15,995 bases of DNA from Naegleria gruberi (taxonomy: Eukaryota). This document shows, piece after piece, positions 1 to 6,200 of this stretch (position 1 is its first letter; every line of letters starts with the position of its first letter). The stretch lies in the NCBI GenBank assembly GCA_000004985.1, contig GG738967.1; one strand, given 5' to 3'. A program made the position numbers and the translations under genes. The notes beneath the pieces are model-generated. The model had not been told where the DNA came from. It worked only from the letters and a program-made list of their open reading frames with translations, and made no database searches.

Positions 1-904
1 AGTGATGATTGACTTGTGGAATTTGTTGGATCTTGATCGGCAATAGATTTTGGAGTTTCAGATCAGTTTGATTCGTTTCTTGTTTTTTCATATTTTTGAG
101 TTTCTCTAATTGTTTCTGTTTGAAATCTTGCCAATATCTTTCGACAGATTCAATTTTATCCTTCAGAAAGAGTAGTAACATTAGTTTAAGAATCTGAATC
201 GAATATAATGCCAATCCCATAACTACCAAAGGGGCCAGAACGTAACTATTGAAGAAACAATAGCCGTTTTCAAAAGAGGCATATCCTCTCATCCATGTTG
301 GAAATCCTTTCGAATCCAAATTATTCATGTAAAAAGTTTGAGCATCAATAGAGTTTAGTCTCCTTTCGTTTATAAACTTATTCCAATAACTTTCAAAATA
401 CAACCTCATAATCGGAAGATTTTCAATAACTCCCTGACTATGAGCAATAATATTGACACTAATTAATACAATTACAAAGAAAAACTTTGATTTGACAGGT
501 TCATAATTTCTGAACATGACCGCCGAAACTAAAAGCCAAATATTAAAAAGAATAAATAAGCTTCTCAAAGTTACAATGATTGAAGGATGGATTTTGGTGT
601 AATTGGTAAGAACAATTTTGTTTTGAGCCAATGTTAGATTATTGGTCACATTCGAAAGTAGAATAATAAATTCTGTAATGTTGTAATCTGTGAGGGAAAC
701 ATCAGGAGGAGGAATTAATTGGAGGATAGTTTGATTATTGGTGTTTTGGGAGGTGGTTGTCGCGTTGTTATCTGCTTGAAGCATGAATTGTTGATGAACT
801 TTCGCAAACACATGCGTGGATGAAACTTGAAGAATGAAGAGGCAGGTCAAGCACAACGAACCAACAAACAGACCCTTTGACTTTCGTAATGGTGATATGT
901 ACAT
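1..904 (-). CDS. Partial CDS (ATG at 904..902, open to position 1 and beyond): predicted signal-peptide-bearing multi-pass membrane glycoprotein with a C-terminal K/Q/E-rich coiled-coil-like tail; family not recognised
   Basis: I checked every minus-strand codon in this frame (forward triplets starting at positions 2 mod 3) from 904 down to 2 and found no TTA/CTA/TCA, i.e. no stop. An in-frame stop lies upstream at 950-952, with no ATG between it and 904, so 904 is the first Met. Translation: MYISPLRKSKGLFVGSLCLTCLFILQVSSTHVF... (hydrophobic h-region = signal peptide). Then NNATTTSQNTNNQTILQLIPPPDVSLTDYNITEFIILLSNVTNNLTLAQNKIVLTNYT (six N-x-T sequons). Then hydrophobic segments SLFILFNIWLLVSAVMF, FFFVIVLISVNIIA and LAPLVVMGLALYSIQILKLMLLLF. 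Then KDKIESVERYWQDFKQKQLEKLKNMKKQETNQTDLKLQNLL... Missing from the six-frame track only because no stop falls inside the window. Confidence 0.6.
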   Translation of the reverse strand, partial: MYISPLRKSKGLFVGSLCLTCLFILQVSSTHVFAKVHQQFMLQADNNATTTSQNTNNQTILQLIPPPDVSLTDYNITEFIILLSNVTNNLTLAQNKIVLTNYTKIHPSIIVTLRSLFILFNIWLLVSAVMFRNYEPVKSKFFFVIVLISVNIIAHSQGVIENLPIMRLYFESYWNKFINERRLNSIDAQTFYMNNLDSKGFPTWMRGYASFENGYCFFNSYVLAPLVVMGLALYSIQILKLMLLLFLKDKIESVERYWQDFKQKQLEKLKNMKKQETNQTDLKLQNLLPIKIQQIPQVNHH

Positions 905-1051
905 GATTCTAATGTTGTTTTTTTTGGCTTTTGAGTTATTTACACCTAATCATAACAACACCTACATCAAGTTTAAACGTACCACATACGAAACTACTTC
1001 TACTTCGGATTAAACATCGAAAATAATATATATTTTTTTTAAGCTCAAACA

Positions 1052-1057
1052 TTTATT
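1052..1057 (-). terminator. AATAAA polyadenylation signal (forward TTTATT) for the minus-strand gene 1094..1975
   Basis: Canonical hexamer about 37 nt downstream of the TAA stop (1096..1094) on the minus strand. It is followed by a T/A-rich stretch. The next gene ATG (904) is only about 150 nt further on. Confidence 0.35.
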
Positions 1058-1093
1058 AAAACACGATAAATTTGGAATATTCTACCTTCTGAT

Positions 1094-1975
1094 TTAATAA
1101 CACTCATCGTCAGGATATTCTACAATTCCATACATGAGAATATTGGAATAGTCACAATTGATCATAATAGGATCCATTCCATCCTCTTCCATTTGCTTTT
1201 TCGTTTCCTCTGCCGTTTTACGATACAATTTAGCTTTTTCTTCACCCACTTCAAATGTTGCTACGCACATTGATTCATAACACAGGTCAGATACATATTT
1301 ACGCATAACAAGCTTGGAGTATAGATTATTTTCTGTCCTATGGATGTATTCCACAATTTTGCTTCTGCATGGTTTTGCATGGCTCGATATTTCCTTGTGG
1401 TTATCGGTAGGGACCAGATCGTTAGATATTGGACCACAAATTGAAAGTACTACAAACGATGATAAATCATTGTAAAAAGCCATGTCTATGGTAAGTACCA
1501 CATTTTTGTTTGTTTTCAATTCATAAGTTGTTCTTGTAACGCTAAAACAAAATGAACACTTTGACGACTGGATAAGAAACGCTAAATTATTGCACATCTT
1601 AGACTTTTCGCACTTTTTTTCCTTGTAATGCAAGGTTTGTTTACTCTGAGTGGTATGTTTGATAGAAATTTGCGGCTCACCAGAAAATGTTGTTTTTTCT
1701 TTCAGCCAGTAATTATTTTCCATCAATCCATGATTTGATAAATCATAAAAAGTTTCATTGTAGGATGTTTTTGATTTGAATACAAACAGAGGAAGAAGAT
1801 TGTTTTCTAACTGCGTCTTGCCCATTATAAAGTTGAATTTTGTGATGGTTGCACTCTCATGGGCAACACAATCTAACAAACATACTGGAAAGTGGCATGC
1901 CTGTTGGACAGGTTTTTCTTTGGCTAAGTAGTGTTGCGCAAAATGCAAAGCTTCCGTTAAAAATACGTCCGTCAT
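1094..1975 (-). CDS. Hypothetical protein, 293 aa (MTDVFLTEALHFAQHYLAKEKPVQQACHFPVCLLDCVAHE ... IVEYPDDECY*); Cys-rich, no recognisable domain
   Basis: Uninterrupted 882-nt ORF ending TAA at 1096..1094. The start is taken as the first true ATG (1975..1973), in an acaaaaaaATGa context. The track's longer 2035 start is a TTG-initiated extension that would run through the promoter direct repeat. AATAAA lies 37 nt after the stop. Confidence 0.55.
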   Translation of the reverse strand: MTDVFLTEALHFAQHYLAKEKPVQQACHFPVCLLDCVAHESATITKFNFIMGKTQLENNLLPLFVFKSKTSYNETFYDLSNHGLMENNYWLKEKTTFSGEPQISIKHTTQSKQTLHYKEKKCEKSKMCNNLAFLIQSSKCSFCFSVTRTTYELKTNKNVVLTIDMAFYNDLSSFVVLSICGPISNDLVPTDNHKEISSHAKPCRSKIVEYIHRTENNLYSKLVMRKYVSDLCYESMCVATFEVGEEKAKLYRKTAEETKKQMEEDGMDPIMINCDYSNILMYGIVEYPDDECY

Positions 1976-2020
1976 TTTTTTGTGTCTGAAAATGCTCTTG
2001 TGATACTCTTGCTTGTTGCA

Positions 2021-2097
2021 GTTTAAAAATAGCAATTTTTTACAATATTCTTCAGAGTGTTTTGGATCCTGTTTAAAAATAGAATTTTTACAATATT
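2021..2097. repeat. Two copies of a 27-29 bp direct repeat, GTTTAAAAATAG(C)AATTTTT(T)ACAATATT, 50 bp apart, inside the 142-bp divergent promoter between the ATGs at 1975 (-) and 2118 (+)
   Basis: Copy 1 at 2021-2049 and copy 2 at 2071-2097 are identical except for two single-nucleotide indels. The region is non-coding if the ATG starts are used. Candidate shared cis-regulatory element of the head-to-head gene pair. Confidence 0.7.
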
Positions 2098-2117
2098 TAT
2101 TTTTTAATTTAAAAAAA

Positions 2118-3050
2118 ATGGCTCAGACCTCTATCAGTGATTGTGCGGACGCACTTAGCAGTCAGTACGAAACTGTTAATTACAACAATACTATTCCTCT
2201 CACTACATACACCAACTTACACGAATTAAAAATTGATAATGTAATTGGATCAAACTGCATTGGTATGAGTGCAGCACTTATTAATGGTGGATTAACAAAT
2301 TTCTGCTTATATCCAGCATACAAGTATACCTCTTCCCAACCAACCCATAGACATGGATTAGTAAACCATGTTGTTGTTGGTTCAAAACAGGATAACAATT
2401 TCATCATGTTAGAAACATCTTCCGATACTTCAGAGCCTTTCGTTATTACTTTTGATGAAACAAATATGGGTGATCAACAAAAAAGAAGCCTAGCATGTGA
2501 TGGTTCGGTCATCACTTTTAAAGGAACATTGGGTACCAAACCTATTACTTGGTGTGTTTGTGATACCAACATCAAACTGGAGGGAAATTCTTTGAAAACA
2601 ATTTTGGAAGAAATTAAATGGAGTGATTCTAGAATTGTGCAAAAAAGAAACAAAAAAGGAGAAAGAGTTTTTCAACTCACTTTAAAACAAGATGGTAAGC
2701 ACACATATGGAGTGCATGAAAAGGATAAATGGAAAAACAAAACCTTTGAAGTAAATGATACCAATAGAAATTTTGCAGAGAAAATGCTTGGAATTGATGA
2801 TGCACAAAAAAAGAAACAATTTTGGGGAAATATTGATAAACTCTTAGAGGAGTGGTCAGATATTAATAGCATGATTTCTGGTTTGACCTTACAAAATTTT
2901 TACGACACAGCACAAAATATCAACAACAAGATGTTATGCGATAAGCTTGTTTCATTTGCCAAAGAGAATCTCTCCAATCTCGATCAAAACAGATTTTCTT
3001 CTTTACCTTCAAAACTTGTTAGTTTAATAAACAATACCATTTCTAATTAG
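2118..3050 (+). CDS. Hypothetical protein, 310 aa (MAQTSISDCADALSSQYETVNYNN ... LVSLINNTISN*); K/E-rich centre, no recognisable domain
   Basis: Uninterrupted ORF with ATG at 2118 in an aaaaaaaATGg context and TAG stop at 3048-3050. The track start at 2013 is a non-ATG extension that overlaps the promoter repeat. The antisense ORFs inside it (2180-2407, 2490-2675, 2672-2872) are shadow ORFs. Confidence 0.55.
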   Translation: MAQTSISDCADALSSQYETVNYNNTIPLTTYTNLHELKIDNVIGSNCIGMSAALINGGLTNFCLYPAYKYTSSQPTHRHGLVNHVVVGSKQDNNFIMLETSSDTSEPFVITFDETNMGDQQKRSLACDGSVITFKGTLGTKPITWCVCDTNIKLEGNSLKTILEEIKWSDSRIVQKRNKKGERVFQLTLKQDGKHTYGVHEKDKWKNKTFEVNDTNRNFAEKMLGIDDAQKKKQFWGNIDKLLEEWSDINSMISGLTLQNFYDTAQNINNKMLCDKLVSFAKENLSNLDQNRFSSLPSKLVSLINNTISN

Positions 3051-3118
3051 TTTATATAAAATCTGGCAATTTAGTTTTATATTTTTTCTTTGAAATCTGA
3101 TTTCATCCCAAAAGGAAA

Positions 3119-3124
3119 ATTAAA
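3119..3124 (+). terminator. Possible ATTAAA variant poly(A) signal for gene 2118..3050
   Basis: ATTAAA lies 69 nt after the TAG stop. There is no canonical AATAAA in the 242-bp spacer. TATAAA at 3054-3059 is only 4 nt past the stop. Confidence 0.2.
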
Positions 3125-3292
3125 AAACATTTTTATTATCACTAATTGTTCCTAAATAGGTAAACTTATAGATCTATCAAATAATTTCAAGATTTACTTT
3201 CATTTACTTTTCAAAGAAGCGTTATAAGAGATCTAATATTGTAATTTGTATGAACTGCAATAATATTGATTGGATCACAAACAATTAAAAAA

Positions 3293-6200
3293 ATGTCAAA
3301 CAATAACTTTGAACCTTCCGATACATTCGTACCTCGTATTCTCTTCAAGACCTTATTCGCCTCCGTGTATAAGAATTTTACATGTAACAAACAATTAATG
3401 ATGGCCGAGTCTGTTAGAATTAACGAACCTCAAAATACCTTCAAACATACTGTACTTGTTTCCCTCTATAATACATGTATGAGTAATTTTGTAAATAGAG
3501 AATTTGATTCACCAATAGAAACCTCCAAAACACCAAATGCTAATAAGAAAAATATTTTGGATTTGGATTTAGTTCAACTTGATAAGGTTTCGGAAGAAGT
3601 TTTTAAAACAAATAATGATGATGAAACACAAAAGAAAATTACAGATTTGTTCGATGGAGAATCTATAAAGATAAGAGTTTGGNNNNNNNNNNNNNNNNNN
3701 NNNNNNNNNNNNNNNNNNNNNNNNNNNNNNNNNNNNNNNNNNNNNNNNNNNNNNNNNNNNNNNNNNNNNNNNNNNNNNNNNNNNNNNNNNNNNNNNNNNN
3801 NNNNNNNNNNNNNNNNNNNNNNNNNNNNNNNNNNNNNNNNNNNNNNNNNNNNNNNNNNNNNNNNNNNNNNNNNNNNNNNNNNNNNNNNNNNNNNNNNNNN
3901 NNNNNNNNNNNNNNNNNNNNNNNNNNNNNNNNNNNNNNNNNNNNNNNNNNNNNNNNNNNNNNNNNNNNNNNNNNNNNNNNNNNNNNNNNNNNNNNNNNNN
4001 NNNNNNNNNNNNNNNNNNNNNNNNNNNNNNNNNNNNNNNNNNNNNNNNNNNNNNNNNNNNNNNNNNNNNNNNNNNNNNNNNNNNNNNNNNNNNNNNNNNN
4101 NNNNNNNNNNNNNNNNNNNNNNNNNNNNNNNNNNNNNNNNNNNNNNNNNNNNNNNNNNNNNNNNNNNNNNNNNNNNNNNNNNNNNNNNNNNNNNNNNNNN
4201 NNNNNNNNNNNNNNNNNNNNNNNNNNNNNNNNNNNNNNNNNNNNNNNNNNNNNNNNNNNNNNNNNNNNNNNNNNNNNNNNNNNNNNNNNNNNNNNNNNNN
4301 NNNNNNNNNNNNNNNNNNNNNNNNNNNNNNNNNNNNNNNNNNNNNNNNNNNNNNNNNNNNNNNNNNNNNNNNNNNNNNNNNNNNNNNNNNNNNNNNNNNN
4401 NNNNNNNNNNNNNNNNNNNNNNNNNNNNNNNNNNNNNNNNNNNNNNNNNNNNNNNNNNNNNNNNNNNNNNNNNNNNNNNNNNNNNNNNNNNNNNNNNNNN
4501 NNNNNNNNNNNNNNNNNNNNNNNNNNNNNNNNNNNNNNNNNNNNNNNNNNNNNNNNNNNNNNNNNNNNNNNNNNNNNNNNNNNNNNNNNNNNNNNNNNNN
4601 NNNNNNNNNNNNNNNNNNNNNNNNNNNNNNNNNNNNNNNNNNNNNNNNNNNNNNNNNNNNNNNNNNNNNNNNNNNNNNNNNNNNNNNNNNNNNNNNNNNN
4701 NNNNNNNNNNNNNNNNNNNNNNNNNNNNNNNNNNNNNNNNNNNNNNNNNNNNNNNNNNNNNNNNNNNNNNNNNNNNNNNNNNNNNNNNNNNNNNNNNNNN
4801 NNNNNNNNNNNNNNNNNNNNNNNNNNNNNNNNNNNNNNNNNNNNNNNNNNNNNNNNNNNNNNNNNNNNNNNNNNNNNNNNNNNNNNNNNNNNNNNNNNNN
4901 NNNNNNNNNNNNNNNNNNNNNNNNNNNNNNNNNNNNNNNNNNNNNNNNNNNNNNNNNNNNNNNNNNNNNNNNNNNNNNNNNNNNNNNNNNNNNNNNNNNN
5001 NNNNNNNNNNNNNNNNNNNNNNNNNNNNNNNNNNNNNNNNNNNNNNNNNNNNNNNNNNNNNNNNNNNNNNNNNNNNNNNNNNNNNNNNNNNNNNNNNNNN
5101 NNNNNNNNNNNNNNNNNNNNNNNNNNNNNNNNNNNNNNNNNNNNNNNNNNNNNNNNNNNNNNNNNNNNNNNNNNNNNNNNNNNNNNNNNNNNNNNNNNNN
5201 NNNNNNNNNNNNNNNNNNNNNNNNNNNNNNNNNNNNNNNNNNNNNNNNNNNNNNNNNNNNNNNNNNNNNNNNNNNNNNNNNNNNNNNNNNNNNNNNNNNN
5301 NNNNNNNNNNNNNNNNNNNNNNNNNNNNNNNNNNNNNNNNNNNNNNNNNNNNNNNNNNNNNNNNNNNNNNNNNNNNNNNNNNNNNNNNNNNNNNNNNNNN
5401 NNNNNNNNNNNNNNNNNNNNNNNNNNNNNNNNNNNNNNNNNNNNNNNNNNNNNNNNNNNNNNNNNNNNNNNNNNNNNNNNNNNNNNNNNNNNNNNNNNNN
5501 NNNNNNNNNNNNNNNNNNNNNNNNNNNNNNNNNNNNNNNNNNNNNNNNNNNNNNNNNNNNNNNNNNNNNNNNNNNNNNNNNNNNNNNNNNNNNNNNNNNN
5601 NNNNNNNNNNNNNNNNNNNNNNNNNNNNNNNNNNNNNNNNNNNNNNNNNNNNNNNNNNNNNNNNNNNNNNNNNNNNNNNNNNNNNNNNNNNNNNNNNNNN
5701 NNNNNNNNNNNNNNNNNNNNNNNNNNNNNNNNNNNNNNNNNNNNNNNNNNNNNNNNNNNNNNNNNNNNNNNNNNNNNNNNNNNNNNNNNNNNNNNNNNNN
5801 NNNNNNNNNNNNNNNNNNNNNNNNNNNNNNNNNNNNNNNNNNNNNNNNNNNNNNNNNNNNNNNNNNNNNNNNNNNNNNNNNNNNNNNNNNNNNNNNNNNN
5901 NNNNNNNNNNNNNNNNNNNNNNNNNNNNNNNNNNNNNNNNNNNNNNNNNNNNNNNNNNNNNNNNNNNNNNNNNNNNNNNNNNNNNNNNNNNNNNNNNNNN
6001 NNNNNNNNNNNNNNNNNNNNNNNNNNNNNNNNNNNNNNNNNNNNNNNNNNNNNNNNNNNNNNNNNNNNNNNNNNNNNNNNNNNNNNNNNNNNNNNNNNNN
6101 NNNNNNNNNNNNNNNNNNNNNNNNNNNNNNNNNNNNNNNNNNNNNNNNNNNNNNNNNNNNNNNNNNNNNNNNNNNNNNNNNNNNNNNNNNNNNNNNNNNN

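Noticed and set aside
305-320. TTCGAATCC T-loop-like string, considered as a tRNA
   Set aside because: No flanking T-stem complementarity or cloverleaf is present, and it lies inside the open coding frame of gene 1..904.
2013-2117. N-terminal extensions of the ORFs at 2013 (+) and 2035 (-), and likewise 3266 (+) and 15464 (-), as given in the track
   Set aside because: They start at TTG/GTG, not ATG, which is inappropriate for eukaryotic nuclear genes. The 2013/2035 extensions run through the promoter direct repeat. In each case the first ATG has a strong A-rich context.
2693-2699. GGTAAGC donor-like hexamer inside ORF 2118..3050
   Set aside because: The reading frame stays open through it (KQDGKHTYGV), so no intron is needed. 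It is an expected chance occurrence in AT-rich coding sequence.
2180-2872. Minus-strand ORFs 2180..2407, 2490..2675 and 2672..2872; also 8443..8655, 8942..9127 and 9219..9413
   Set aside because: Short antisense shadow ORFs overlapping better-supported genes or UTRs. They show low-complexity translations and no start context.
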